Origin: Bdellovibrionota bacterium
GTDB lineage: Bacteria; Bdellovibrionota_C; UBA2361; JBIKUX01
DNA: 64,000 nucleotides
NCBI GenBank assembly: GCA_044347345.1
Contig: JBIKUX010000001.1
Span: forward strand, 1 to 64,000
Direction of reading: 5' to 3'
In this document: piece after piece, positions 19,006 to 30,359 of the stretch
Numbering within the stretch: position 1 is the stretch's first letter
How the letters are laid out: each line of letters opens with the position of its first letter
The notes under the pieces: generated by a model
What the model was told of the DNA's origin: nothing
The model's database searches: none
The model's input: the letters and a program-made list of their open reading frames with translations, nothing else
Translations under genes and position numbers: made by a program

Positions 19006-19658
19006 ATTTTATACTTAAAATCATCAGGATCTAACTCTTCTAGTATGGTTTTCCACTTATCTTTACCAATACCACTTAGATCACTATCTTTAGGGTATTC
19101 CGCACTACTACTAATGCCGTCACCATCAACATCACCATCATCACCAGCCACCACCTTAACGGCTATTTCAGTGTCTTCTTCTAGTTCCGATTTGTTACTT
19201 TGCTCCCCTTCTTGAGACTTATCTGGAGACTCAACTAGTATCTTAGCTTGATCCAATACCGTCTTACTAACATAAACGGGTGAAGAAGTCCGAACGGCTA
19301 GTGCGATAGCGTCACTAGGTCTAGAGTCAAAGATAAATATCTTGTCTCCTTTAGAAATAACTAGCTCTGCATAATAGGTAGCATCCTTCAGATCACTAAT
19401 TATAACCCGTTCGATATTCCCACCAAATTCATTTATCACATCAAGCATAAGATCGTGCGAGAGTGGCCGCACCATTCCGACCTGCTTTAGAGCGCTAGCT
19501 ATCGAAGTAGCCTCTGCTACGCCAATCCAAATCGGAAGGCATATAGTCCCTCCTTCATCCTTTAGAATAACTACTGGAGCCTGACTGTTAGGATCAAGAA
19601 CTAATCCACCTACGTACATCTCTATCGCTTCATCATCGGTGCTCTGGTCATGAACCAT
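19002..19658 (-). CDS. Bifunctional nuclease family protein (DUF151/BFN)
   Basis: PVVILKD, LPIWIG..EA.SI, RPLSHDL, DSRPSDAIALAVR. Confidence 0.93.
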   Translation of the reverse strand: MVHDQSTDDEAIEMYVGGLVLDPNSQAPVVILKDEGGTICLPIWIGVAEATSIASALKQVGMVRPLSHDLMLDVINEFGGNIERVIISDLKDATYYAELVISKGDKIFIFDSRPSDAIALAVRTSSPVYVSKTVLDQAKILVESPDKSQEGEQSNKSELEEDTEIAVKVVAGDDGDVDGDGISSSAEYPKDSDLSGIGKDKWKTILEELDPDDFKYKM

Positions 19659-19705
19659 AGACTACCTGTTCACTTAAAAATTTTTCTTAAGTATCATACA
19701 CTGTA

Positions 19706-21091
19706 CTACCCAGCGTGGGTCACCCCCCTAAGTGCACATTCTTCAACTTTATTCTCAATATCAACTACTCCTCGCAGAGTATGTTTAGATGGTGATTCCA
19801 TCCTTACGGGCACCGTTTCACCAAGATTCGCGCATGAATGTTTGGCAATTAAATTAACTACCATATTATGAGTAGTGCGCCCTTGTAAAAGCGAAGAATC
19901 AGCCGGTGTTGGCCTCTCAAGCAGCACATCCAATACCGACCCCGTATGCAGGGCAAGAGCCTTTTGAGTTAACTCATCTTGCAATTTTTGTAATTCCTGA
20001 AGCCGCTCTTTTTTTTCTTCCGGGGATACTGTTTCCTCCAACTGACTGGCCGGAGTGCCAGGACGCTTTGAAAACATAAAAGAGTAACTGTGTTGGAATC
20101 CAACTTCACGCATAATTTCGAGGGTATCCTCAAAGTCTTTTCGAGTCTCTCCCGGGAAACCAACAATTATATCAGAAGAAATACCCATATCTGGTACTTT
20201 AGCCTTAAGCATTTCAACGATTTTTAAATATCGCTTGCGTCTATAATTACGATTCATGGCTTTAAGAATGGTGTCACTACCAGATTGTAACGGTAGATGA
20301 ATATGCCGACATACCTTTGGTTCTGATGTAACACATTCAATGAAATCCTCTCTAACTTCCTGAGGATGCGGACTAGTAAAACGAATGCGCTCGACTCCCT
20401 TAACTGCAGCTACTCGCCTCAAAAGATCTGAGAAGCGTATGCGAGGAGAAAAATCAAGCCCGTAAGAATTTACTGTTTGCCCCAAAAGCACTATCTCCTT
20501 ACTGCCACGGTGCACAGCAATCCGTACTTCACGCTCTATTTCTAGTGGGTCTCTCGAAACTTCCTTACCTCTTGTGCGAGGTACGATGCAATATGAACAA
20601 TTCTTATTACAACCACGACTTATCGAAACAAATGCGGATACTGTCGGATTACCACCGAATCCGAGTGGCAAATCTTCCCATTCGTCTCGATAATCCACCG
20701 CTACTTGTGGCCCGGCGCCATTTTTTACACTCTCTATGAGAGAAGGAACAAGCGATAAATTATGAGTGCCAAAAACAAAATCTACATTCTTTCGACTGCG
20801 GTCAATAATTTGGGCGCCTTCTTGCTGAGCTACGCAACCACCGACACCAATTAACACATCCTTTTTACCATCTCGTAGCTCGCGCACTTCACCGAGAACA
20901 CTAAAGAGTTTTTGCTCAGGTTTTTCTCTAACACTGCAAGTATTGACAATAATGACATCAGCCTGATCAGGGGAGTCAACTAGGTCATATTCCGCTTCCA
21001 TCAGCTTTGCAAGCTTCCGAGAGTCATACTCATTCATCTGACACCCGAATGTGCGAATATAAAGACCCTTACGCGCTGTATTCAAAGACAT
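19706..21091 (-). CDS. miaB: tRNA-2-methylthio-N6-dimethylallyladenosine synthase MiaB
   Basis: TFGCQMNEYDS, NTCSVREK, GGCVAQ, radical SAM CNKNCSYC, LLGQTVNSYG, RFTSPHP, C-terminal TRAM domain. Confidence 0.97.
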   Translation of the reverse strand: MSLNTARKGLYIRTFGCQMNEYDSRKLAKLMEAEYDLVDSPDQADVIIVNTCSVREKPEQKLFSVLGEVRELRDGKKDVLIGVGGCVAQQEGAQIIDRSRKNVDFVFGTHNLSLVPSLIESVKNGAGPQVAVDYRDEWEDLPLGFGGNPTVSAFVSISRGCNKNCSYCIVPRTRGKEVSRDPLEIEREVRIAVHRGSKEIVLLGQTVNSYGLDFSPRIRFSDLLRRVAAVKGVERIRFTSPHPQEVREDFIECVTSEPKVCRHIHLPLQSGSDTILKAMNRNYRRKRYLKIVEMLKAKVPDMGISSDIIVGFPGETRKDFEDTLEIMREVGFQHSYSFMFSKRPGTPASQLEETVSPEEKKERLQELQKLQDELTQKALALHTGSVLDVLLERPTPADSSLLQGRTTHNMVVNLIAKHSCANLGETVPVRMESPSKHTLRGVVDIENKVEECALRGVTHAG

Positions 21092-21141
21092 GTTTGATAC
21101 TTCCTTCCAAACTACAGAAACTATTGTGAGGTTTGAGACAC

Positions 21142-21966
21142 CTAGTAGTCAACGAGTACTCCACTCACTGAAACAGCACCGTTCCAATGCGAGGGTAAAT
21201 CCTCTGGGAAAAAAGGTACTGGAATTCGTGCAGAATAATAAACAGTGCTATCAGCTTCTAAGCCTTGTTCAGAAAATCCTTTTTTTTCAGAAATCAACTT
21301 TCCTGGGAGTCTGACACGAATTTCTTTATCAAGCCAATCAGCCGTAAAACTGACTTCAAAAGAGGTAATTTTACTATTTCCACCAATTTTAGTGGCCTCA
21401 AGTTTAATGAGCGGATAGACCGGACAAGGTGGACAATTACATGAAATCTGCTCAGTTGCTAGCTCAGTAACCTTAACTAATACCTGAGGTGCGGTTATCC
21501 GCCTAGCCTCATCACCCCAAACAAGGTCAACGAGATAAGTTGAAAAATTCTCTACCGGTATTACAAAAGCAAAAGGTACTCTTTCATTATTTTTAACAAA
21601 CGGCTGAGGGGTAAACTCAGACACCAACCGAGCAACTTTTGTAAGCTCTTGCGTATTTTGTAAAACGCGCACTCGCAAGGCTACCCGCGATGGCTCCCAT
21701 TTTTCGACTAGCGACCCAACAGGAAAAGCTCCGGCGACCGTTCCAGCAACATACAAGGCTACGCCGTCATATTTCTCATCAACAAGAGATAGAATAAAGG
21801 GCGATTCTCCTCCATCATGACCAGCTTGAGCCAGAGGCACAGGCTCTCGGTATAAGGAACAACCGATAAGAGTGCTTACAAGAACTACTCTCAATAAATT
21901 TATTGCCCTAATACTTACAGGCATTATGTAGTTTTCTCCTGAGGACGCAGTAACCTCACTTTCCAA
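21142..21966 (-). CDS. Hypothetical lipoprotein
   Basis: Hydrophobic stretch ending LIG-C; CNCPPCP motif; start probably at MPVSIR. Confidence 0.6.
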   Translation of the reverse strand: MESEVTASSGENYIMPVSIRAINLLRVVLVSTLIGCSLYREPVPLAQAGHDGGESPFILSLVDEKYDGVALYVAGTVAGAFPVGSLVEKWEPSRVALRVRVLQNTQELTKVARLVSEFTPQPFVKNNERVPFAFVIPVENFSTYLVDLVWGDEARRITAPQVLVKVTELATEQISCNCPPCPVYPLIKLEATKIGGNSKITSFEVSFTADWLDKEIRVRLPGKLISEKKGFSEQGLEADSTVYYSARIPVPFFPEDLPSHWNGAVSVSGVLVDY

Positions 21967-22430
21967 CCATCACTTAACGAAAATATCCACTCTTGTATCT
22001 CATTTTGAGTGACTACTTGAGGAGAAGCAGGTTCATACAACCTTGTCTGTACTTCGACACTGGCTTCAAAGGCATCAGTTGTAAATTCAACATCCATGAT
22101 TTTGTGGCTAACAACACGAGCCGAAGAAAATTTTTCAAGAAAATATTTTTTTACATTGGCTCTTTCATTTTCTTTTACATGACTTAGAGCCGTAGACATG
22201 TCTTGCCAAAAACGAGCAACTTGAAACCGCTCAATCTCTTTATTGAGTAAATCCATTCTGTGCGACTTGGTAGCTCCTACTTGCCGCACTGAATCTATAA
22301 AAGGAACGACAATACATCCTGACGCAGTTATTACGAAAATAAACACACAGAAACAGAAAACAGCTCTATATAACGACCTTCCGCGACTTTGTAAGATTTT
22401 TTTTTCTTGTCGTGCTCGATGCTTTATCAT
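21924..22430 (-). CDS. Hypothetical lipoprotein
   Basis: Basic N-terminus, hydrophobic stretch, ASG-C lipobox; beta-rich C-terminus ending DGWKV. Confidence 0.65.
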   Translation of the reverse strand: MIKHRARQEKKILQSRGRSLYRAVFCFCVFIFVITASGCIVVPFIDSVRQVGATKSHRMDLLNKEIERFQVARFWQDMSTALSHVKENERANVKKYFLEKFSSARVVSHKIMDVEFTTDAFEASVEVQTRLYEPASPQVVTQNEIQEWIFSLSDGWKVRLLRPQEKTT

Positions 22431-22521
22431 TGATTGTTTCCGAAACTTTTAAATCCCTTTATCACACATCGAATTCATGAAAACTTGAGTGCTCTTCAAA
22501 AGGAGATTTTTACCTGATGTA

Positions 22522-22803
22522 TCAGGGTACAAATGTGCTTAAAAAACGTTGTACAGCTTTCCAATCGTTAGCTCGCTGCTTTTGAGCCAACTGCTGCTCT
22601 TGTGCCCGCTCTTGACTACGTTGCTTTATATTAATTTGTCCGTGCAATTCACGAACAAGCTCTTTTCCCACCTCCGGAGGCGGAGAGGGAAGAAGTCTGG
22701 CTCGCTTATGAAGGTCAGCCACACCCAAGAGAACTACTCCAATACTAAAAACAAATAAGGTAACCAGAAAAGAATTTCTTGATGTCTCTATAGTTGAAGC
22801 CAT
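22522..22803 (-). CDS. Small membrane-anchored hypothetical protein
   Basis: AGGAGG RBS before the ATG; one TM helix; Gln-rich coil. Confidence 0.7.
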   Translation of the reverse strand: MASTIETSRNSFLVTLFVFSIGVVLLGVADLHKRARLLPSPPPEVGKELVRELHGQINIKQRSQERAQEQQLAQKQRANDWKAVQRFLSTFVP

Positions 22804-22859
22804 ACGTCCTCCTAAAATGAATCCGTAGCCCTTTCCAAATACAACTTATAAAACTCCCA

Positions 22860-24047
22860 TTACCTTCGATCTTTATTACCCGCTTCGTCAAGTAAATTCC
22901 TAGCGATAATCATGCGCTGAATCTCGGTAGTACCTTCATATATCTCTGTAATTTTTGCATCACGATAATGACGCTCAGCTGGATAGTCAGTGACATATCC
23001 GTACCCACCATGAATTTGTACGCACTTATCGGCGCATGATACGGCAGCTTTTGAAGCGGCTAATTTAGCCATTGATGCGGCTCTTACGAAAGGTCGCCCA
23101 TGCTCCTTTAATCGTGCAGCTGCATACGTAAGATATCTGGCGCTATCAACCTGAACTATCATGTCTGCAAGATAATTTTGAATGGTCTGATGATTAGCTA
23201 TTGGGCGACTAAAGGTCTTTCTCTCTTGTGCGTAGGTGAGAGCGTCTCGAAGTGAAGCTCGCGCAATACCCAATGCTTGAGCAGCCACGCCGATACGCCC
23301 ACCATTTAACGTCTCCATGGCTATTTTAAACCCTTCTCCTCGCATTCCTATTACGTCTTTTGCTGAAAATTTAGCCCCATCATAAGTTATTGATGCAGTA
23401 GCTGAACCTCGAATACCTAGCTTATCTTCTCGTTTTCCCACAATTACTCCAGGATAGGGCAGAGGATGCAGTAAAGCGAAAATACCTTGATGTTGTTTGC
23501 TAGGCTCTTCTGTTAGAAAAAGAAGAACCACTGATGCTTCTGGGCCGTTTGTTATCCAAGCTTTTTGGCCTGTAACTATACAAGATGAATTATCGTCATT
23601 CCATATTGCTCGACACTGAAGCGCACTCGCATCACTACCAACGCCTGGCTCAGAAAGAGCAAAACAACCGAGTATTTTCCCGGACATCACTTTTTCTAAG
23701 TAGGTAAGTCTATGCTCAGGAGTGCCGCGGTCATAAATAGCCCTAACACATAATGAATGATGAGAACTTGCTATAATTGCCGTGGTGGCGCACTCAGCGG
23801 CTAGTTCCTCAATTAAAATTGCAAATGCTACTTCTGATAAACCAGCTCCTCCATCAGCGCTTGGAATGGTAGCTTTTAAAAATCCTAAAGCACCCATTTC
23901 ACCAACAAGATCATGAGGGAACAAATGCTCTGCATCAATCTTTTTTGCGAGTGGCCGAACTCGCTCTCTAGCAAAAGCTCTAGCAGTGTCTCGAACTAAA
24001 AGCTCTTCTTCAGAGAGCTCAAAATTAAACCCATCTTCCCAAGTCAT
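22860..24047 (-). CDS. Acyl-CoA dehydrogenase (short-chain/butyryl-CoA type)
   Basis: GCFALSEPGVGSDA, GQKAWITNG, KLGIRGS, GGRIGVAAQALG, QIHGGYGY, IYEGTTEIQR. Confidence 0.96.
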   Translation of the reverse strand: MTWEDGFNFELSEEELLVRDTARAFARERVRPLAKKIDAEHLFPHDLVGEMGALGFLKATIPSADGGAGLSEVAFAILIEELAAECATTAIIASSHHSLCVRAIYDRGTPEHRLTYLEKVMSGKILGCFALSEPGVGSDASALQCRAIWNDDNSSCIVTGQKAWITNGPEASVVLLFLTEEPSKQHQGIFALLHPLPYPGVIVGKREDKLGIRGSATASITYDGAKFSAKDVIGMRGEGFKIAMETLNGGRIGVAAQALGIARASLRDALTYAQERKTFSRPIANHQTIQNYLADMIVQVDSARYLTYAAARLKEHGRPFVRAASMAKLAASKAAVSCADKCVQIHGGYGYVTDYPAERHYRDAKITEIYEGTTEIQRMIIARNLLDEAGNKDRR

Positions 24048-24868
24048 GTCTCTGTAACCTCAAAGAATGATGGAACGCGTCGCTCCGTAAAAGCTCGCAT
24101 CCCTTCCTCACGCTCGCTATTTTGAAATACCTCGAGGAAAGTCTCTACTTCTAATTGAAGCCCTCCAAGAATAAGTGATTCTTGCGTCGAATTAATGACT
24201 CTCTTTACTGCCTGCACTGCTCTTGGGCCTTTTTTACCGATATTTTCGGCTAATTTTTGTGCTCCTTCTCTAGCGTCGCCATCCACCAATACATCCACCA
24301 ACCGTAAATTGACCCCTTGTTCACCCGTAATAATCTCTCCGGTAAAGCATAAAAATTTAGCGGCTCCCACTCCGCATCTGGTAATTAAGCGTTGCGTACC
24401 ACCAAATCCAGGAATAATTCCTAAATTAACTTCTGGCTGACCAAACCTAGACTCCTTAGAGGCAACTATTAAGTCACATGCAAGGGCTAGCTCTAGACCT
24501 CCACCGAGCGCATACCCGTGAACTGCCGCTATAACTGGTACAGGGAATTTCTCAATAGTTCTTAGCGCTCTTTGTCCGAGTTCAACATAGTCAGCTATGG
24601 CTCTTGGCCCCAAGTCAATCATAGAACGGATGTCGGCACCCGCAACAAAGGCTTTATCTCCTGCACCTTCAATAATTACTGCTACTATAGAATCGCGTCT
24701 TTTTTCAGGAGCTAAAGTGTGTGTAGAAAGACGATCAAAAGTAAGAATTAAACTGGTTAGGACATCAGGATTAAGAGCGTTTAGGGCTTCTTCTCTACAG
24801 ATTTTTACTCGAGCAATTCTGTCTTTTACAGTTACTTGAACTACATTCCCTTTTTGCTCAGTAATCAT
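24044..24868 (-). CDS. Enoyl-CoA hydratase (crotonase)
   Basis: ALNALN, KAFVAGADI, GYALGGGLELALACD, FGQPEVNLGIIPGFGGTQRL. Confidence 0.95.
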   Translation of the reverse strand: MITEQKGNVVQVTVKDRIARVKICREEALNALNPDVLTSLILTFDRLSTHTLAPEKRRDSIVAVIIEGAGDKAFVAGADIRSMIDLGPRAIADYVELGQRALRTIEKFPVPVIAAVHGYALGGGLELALACDLIVASKESRFGQPEVNLGIIPGFGGTQRLITRCGVGAAKFLCFTGEIITGEQGVNLRLVDVLVDGDAREGAQKLAENIGKKGPRAVQAVKRVINSTQESLILGGLQLEVETFLEVFQNSEREEGMRAFTERRVPSFFEVTET

Positions 24869-24869
24869 T

Positions 24870-24902
24870 GCCCCTCATTTTACTCAGCCCCTCTTTTACT
24901 CA
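24870..24902. repeat. Imperfect 17/16-bp tandem duplication containing the RBS of the crotonase gene
   Basis: GCCCCTCATTTTACTCA followed by GCCCCTCTTTTACTCA (GAGGGG twice on the minus strand). Confidence 0.75.
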
Positions 24903-24941
24903 CACTTCTTTAACAGACAGCTTACTTACGTTACGCACTCA

Positions 24942-25280
24942 CTACCCAGGAGGCCAAGATAGGCTCCTGCCCGCTAAAATATGAACGTGCAGATGAAACA
25001 CTGTCTGCCCAGCCTCTCTACCTGTATTTATAACTGTCCTAAAGCCACTTACCTCTAAACCAACGAGTTTTGCGACATTTTTCACCCCAACAAAAAGATG
25101 CTGAAGCAATTCTGGTGAAGCTTCAAGAATATCAGTAACTTGCTGACGAGGTACCACCAAAATGTGTACTGGCGCTTGTGGCTGAATGTCACGAAAAGCT
25201 ACCACCCACTCATCTTGGTAGATGATGTCTGCTGGAATTTCTTTGCGAATTATCTTTGAAAATATAGAGTCGACAGCCAT
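24942..25280 (-). CDS. hinT: Histidine triad nucleotide-binding protein (HinT-like)
   Basis: SIFSKII..EIP, AFRDIQPQAPVHILVVP, AGQTVFHLHVH, LSWPPG; start set at the ATG of MAVDSIF. Confidence 0.93.
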   Translation of the reverse strand: MAVDSIFSKIIRKEIPADIIYQDEWVVAFRDIQPQAPVHILVVPRQQVTDILEASPELLQHLFVGVKNVAKLVGLEVSGFRTVINTGREAGQTVFHLHVHILAGRSLSWPPG

Positions 25281-25396
25281 TTTACTATTTTTGCTCCATC
25301 TCAAACAGTGGCTCCATTTTTGCATGATACGAATTTAAGTGAGATCTATCGAGGGTTTTTCGCAGAAATTATTACGAATCATTCTTAGGTTAAGTC

Positions 25397-25792
25397 ATGA
25401 TGGTGTTCAAAATTGTTCGAGAAGAGATAATCCCGTCTCTTCCTATCACGGCTCTTCCTGTTACTGCTATTAAATTTTTTGAAGAAGAACTGTGTAAACG
25501 AGGAACTATCCCAAGGCCTACTGGAATGCCTTTTTGGTTTATTGCGGAGCAAGAGATCCTAACTTACCGGTGGCAAAGTGGTAAAACCTCTGAGACTGAA
25601 ACCTCTGAGATTGATGAAGAGTTTCTTTGGGTAGATGTATCCGAACTGCTTAAACGCCTGGAAACCAGAAATAGCCTATTCGAAGAGATGTCATACCTAA
25701 CTAAGTTTGCTCCTCTTTTACGAAAAGCTGCTCCGCATCTTTCAGCATTAAGCCTGGCTCTAATCTCCACAACACAAATATCAAATAATTAG
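25397..25792 (+). CDS. Hypothetical protein
   Basis: 131-aa ORF filling the gap between hinT and the convergent receiver gene. Confidence 0.6.
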   Translation: MMVFKIVREEIIPSLPITALPVTAIKFFEEELCKRGTIPRPTGMPFWFIAEQEILTYRWQSGKTSETETSEIDEEFLWVDVSELLKRLETRNSLFEEMSYLTKFAPLLRKAAPHLSALSLALISTTQISNN

Positions 25793-26541
25793 CCTGCGGT
25801 TGAGGCTTCTGGTAAATTAGCAGGAGCAACTTGATTCTTAATTAATTCTATTATCTTTATTTCTAGCATTTTTCGAATTCTTTCGCTTTTACCCTTATAA
25901 TTAAGGGCATCAGGTATCTCTGGTCTAGGGGCTTCCTTATCAAGTAAGTCAGTAATTACGTCGTAATATACCTTTTTTTGATCTGAGGTTAAGGTCCTTA
26001 AAACAGCTGAAGCTTCCCGAAATTGTTTCTGAAATCGCTCATTTTTTTGAGGGTCTCCCTCACATAGAAAAAAACTAGTCACACGAAGTTGTCCTATAAC
26101 CTCTTCAACGATGCGAGTTATCGATAGTCGAACCTTTTTCTCTGCATATAATTTTCGCATTTTTGCAGCTAGCTGGGTTATTTCTGTTAATGCATCAACT
26201 GAATATGGTTGAGGAAGATAGGCATCAATACCCCCAAGCATGCCTTGAGCTGCGGTAGTTGTGCTACCCTCTCCCATCTTTGTTAAAGCAATAAAAGCAC
26301 ACTTTTCTCCCTGAACAGTGTTTTTTGCTGTACTTATAAAAGAGGAAACTTCTTCAAGTGAATAAGATTGTGAAATAAATACTATATCAATATTTATCTC
26401 ACCTTTTAGTAGCTCAATACCATTTGCTGTATCTTTGGCATTATGAAAAGCACCAAAAAGCGCTACTGGCGAGCAAGCAGTTCGCAACCGGTGGCGCACT
26501 TGAGTGTCACTTTCAACTATAAGAGTATCAAAATTTTCCAT
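25789..26541 (-). CDS. Atypical (pseudo-)receiver domain protein with helical C-terminal domain
   Basis: LIVESD, DIVFIS (Asp site is Ser), FIALT, GIDAYLPQPYS (Lys site is Gln). Confidence 0.75.
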   Translation of the reverse strand: MENFDTLIVESDTQVRHRLRTACSPVALFGAFHNAKDTANGIELLKGEINIDIVFISQSYSLEEVSSFISTAKNTVQGEKCAFIALTKMGEGSTTTAAQGMLGGIDAYLPQPYSVDALTEITQLAAKMRKLYAEKKVRLSITRIVEEVIGQLRVTSFFLCEGDPQKNERFQKQFREASAVLRTLTSDQKKVYYDVITDLLDKEAPRPEIPDALNYKGKSERIRKMLEIKIIELIKNQVAPANLPEASTAG

Positions 26542-26845
26542 TAGCTCTAATAAAAATTTTTAAACCTAATAGAAACTTCGAACATTCTGAAAAATTACTT
26601 AAAAGGAACTTTTTTAAAAAATTTCCTCTAATAAAAAATAATTAAGTATTTATATTTTATAAACTTTTAATTCTTTTTAGACGTTAGAGCTAGTAACCGT
26701 TCATAAAAGAGATATCGCACATTAGAACCAAAGGACTGTATAACGGCGAACTTACTATTAGCTACAAGTTACAAGTAAAAGTAAAACAGATTTGCCAATA
26801 AAACTTTTTTAATAAATTTACCTTAAATAATTCTAAGGCTAAAAA

Positions 26846-27952
<1,107 letters not shown>

Positions 27953-27979
27953 CTCCCCAAGTTAAGCACTCTCTCGAAT

Positions 27980-28016
27980 AAAAAAAGTTGAAGGAGACTA
28001 TTTAGCCTCCTTCAAC
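27980..28016 (-). terminator. Rho-independent terminator of the porin gene
   Basis: 10-bp stem GTTGAAGGAG/CTCCTTCAAC followed by T7 on the minus strand, about 40 bp after the porin stop. Confidence 0.85.
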
Positions 28017-28054
28017 CTTAGTGTTAACTAACTCAAAAAACTTCTAGGCAACTA

Positions 28055-29392
28055 CTAGAAGTAACTTGATACTTGGAACGTCCAACGATTAGTGTTGGCA
28101 TCGGTTGCACCACGGACACCTCTTACGCCTGTAGCGTAATCTTCGTTGATAAATGCATACCCAAGTTGTGCTTTAAGAGCATGCTTCCACCAATAGTAGT
28201 TTATTGTTGCAGCAGCTTCTTGCACTTGGTCGCGACCGGCACAGATGCCTGGAGCGGCGCCGTTATCACAATCTTGCAAAGAGTACCTTCCAGCTAACTC
28301 AAGCTCCTGAGGAAGCACAAAGAATCCAGCCTGAAGATATCCACCATTAGTGGAATAATCTAAGCCAGTTGTTCGGTGCTGAAGTTCAGCGCTCTTGTAG
28401 AAGTACTCACCATGAACAGATGCGCCTTCATACTTCAAGTTAGCGTCTGCACTAACCTGATTCATACTCCAATCTTCTTGACGGCCTAGACCCACATCGC
28501 TATGCGCCTCAGTATAAGCATAAGCTGTACCTACTGACACTGCTAGCTCTTCAGTGTTGTCAACATCACCTTCAGCAAAAGTACCACCAGCTTCTACTGG
28601 AGCCATCTTGCCAACGGGATTAAACCGTAAATGAGCCTGCACGCTGTGATTAGTGTCGTTACCAGTGCTGTTGATTCCCTCATTATCTGAGGAACCGTTA
28701 AACACACCAATACCACCTTGGATCACACCATCATCACTCTCACCATACTGAGCAAGACCTTGACTCCATCCTACATAGTTAAACTGAGAAGCCACGCTTC
28801 TATCAGCAAACTGTAGGTAAGCGTCATTAGTGCGGAACTGTCTGGAAATAAAGGTACGGAATTGTCCCAATTGAGTACCCCATCCCTCACAAGGCTGCCA
28901 AATCACAAACGCATCTTTAAGGCTAGATTCCTTGCGGCCGTCAACGGTGTCACGAACCAAATCGCTATCGTTTCCTGTGCCAACAAAATCTCCTTCTAGT
29001 TTGTAAGCAAACTCTTGATAAAGGGCAGTACCTTCAACAACTACACGAGCTCTTACAACATCAAAGCTAGAGGTATTAACTCTGGTACCCTTCACTCCGT
29101 TAAAAGAAGCCGCAGGATTGCGGGTTGGGTCAGCTAAAGCCTCACCATCTTCTTGATTCATTGAATAACGACCTTGAAGCATCGTCCTTATTTTAAGGGT
29201 GAAGCCGGAATCAGGGAAATCAATTCGAGTTCCTTCTGAATAGAAGACCTTACCAGGGCTACTCGATATCGTCCCCGCTGCTTCTCCCCTAGTTATTACT
29301 CCCTTCTCAACGAGAAGCTCTTCCAGTGTTTTTGCTTCACTAACACCTGGAGCGAGGAGCAATGCGGCAGCTAGAACACTTGCTTTACGCAT
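28055..29392 (-). CDS. Outer-membrane porin, OprO/OprP (phosphate-selective) family-like
   Basis: Signal peptide, AKTLEELLVEKGVIT, RAR..GT, LGQFR, LQFADRS, GGYLQAGFF, ELAGRYS; C-terminal Phe; GGAGG RBS. Confidence 0.82.
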   Translation of the reverse strand: MRKASVLAAALLLAPGVSEAKTLEELLVEKGVITRGEAAGTISSSPGKVFYSEGTRIDFPDSGFTLKIRTMLQGRYSMNQEDGEALADPTRNPAASFNGVKGTRVNTSSFDVVRARVVVEGTALYQEFAYKLEGDFVGTGNDSDLVRDTVDGRKESSLKDAFVIWQPCEGWGTQLGQFRTFISRQFRTNDAYLQFADRSVASQFNYVGWSQGLAQYGESDDGVIQGGIGVFNGSSDNEGINSTGNDTNHSVQAHLRFNPVGKMAPVEAGGTFAEGDVDNTEELAVSVGTAYAYTEAHSDVGLGRQEDWSMNQVSADANLKYEGASVHGEYFYKSAELQHRTTGLDYSTNGGYLQAGFFVLPQELELAGRYSLQDCDNGAAPGICAGRDQVQEAAATINYYWWKHALKAQLGYAFINEDYATGVRGVRGATDANTNRWTFQVSSYF

Positions 29393-29885
29393 TTCAATAC
29401 GCCTCCAATCCTTTCACTTTCAAAATAAATATCATTCCTATCGCGTCCCCCTATTCGCGCAAAAAGACTCTACAAAAAGAGTCTTTGTTCACAACTAGAT
29501 GGACTTATCGCGAACAGGTTCGCAACTTTTTTGTTCGACGTCACTCTTTCTAACAGAATTTAGATACTTTTCCTATATTTTCTTAGGGTAAAGCTTTTTT
29601 ACCGAAACTTGTTAGTTAAGCGCCACCTTAAAACCAAACATTTTAATCCTGTAACGAATGATAACAGCGAACTAGCCTTTCGCCTAGTCCTTATCACCCT
29701 AAGCTCATATAATTTATAAAATCAACCACCGTTACCGCCTTTAAAGCCGGTTTATCAATTTTTTATCTAACTTTCTAGATTAGACAAATGGGTAGCTTAC
29801 CACTGAAGATTGAGACGTCTCGGTGGGTTTTTAGGGTTCGTAGTGTTATTTTATCTGAAAAAAATAAGGTCAAGGTAAGAATCGT

Positions 29886-30359
29886 ATGGTCGCCGAAGGA
29901 ACTAAGTTAGCCTCTTCAATATTAAACTTACAATTAGCAGATCATACCGGCAAAATGCGCAAGCTTTCTGAATTTTTAGGTAATCCGTTACTTTTGTACT
30001 TTTACCCAAAAAACAATACTCCCGGCTGCACAACGCAGGCTTGCGATATAAGAGACACATTTAACCAGTTTACTTGCTTTAACTACACTGTAGTGGGAGT
30101 TAGTCCCGATAGTCCGGAGTCTCATATAAATTTTCGTGAGAAATATAAACTTCCTTTTATTTTACTCTCAGACCCAGACCACCTTCTTGCAAATGTATTT
30201 GGCGTATTTAAAGAAAAAAATATGTACGGCAAAAAATCAATGGGAATTGAAAGGTCCACCTTTCTAATCAATAATGAAGGCTTAATTATAAGAGCGCTGC
30301 GCAAAGTAAGTGCTAAAAATCATGCAAACCTTATACTTGAACTAGTCAAGCAACCTTGA
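29886..30359 (+). CDS. bcp: Thioredoxin-dependent thiol peroxidase Bcp
   Basis: LYFYPKNNTPGCTTQAC, GVSPD, LLSDPD, GIERSTFLI. Confidence 0.95.
   Translation: MVAEGTKLASSILNLQLADHTGKMRKLSEFLGNPLLLYFYPKNNTPGCTTQACDIRDTFNQFTCFNYTVVGVSPDSPESHINFREKYKLPFILLSDPDHLLANVFGVFKEKNMYGKKSMGIERSTFLINNEGLIIRALRKVSAKNHANLILELVKQP

Noticed and set aside
29648-29668. Pho-box-like repeat upstream of the OprP-like porin
   Set aside because: The half-sites (GTTAT/GTTAC on the minus strand) are 10 bp apart rather than 11, and the match is weak.
29393-29885. ncRNA or riboswitch in the 490-bp porin-bcp intergenic region
   Set aside because: Only a short hairpin (AAAGACTC/GAGTCTTT near 29463-29486) was seen and no family could be recognised by eye; an Rfam scan is needed.
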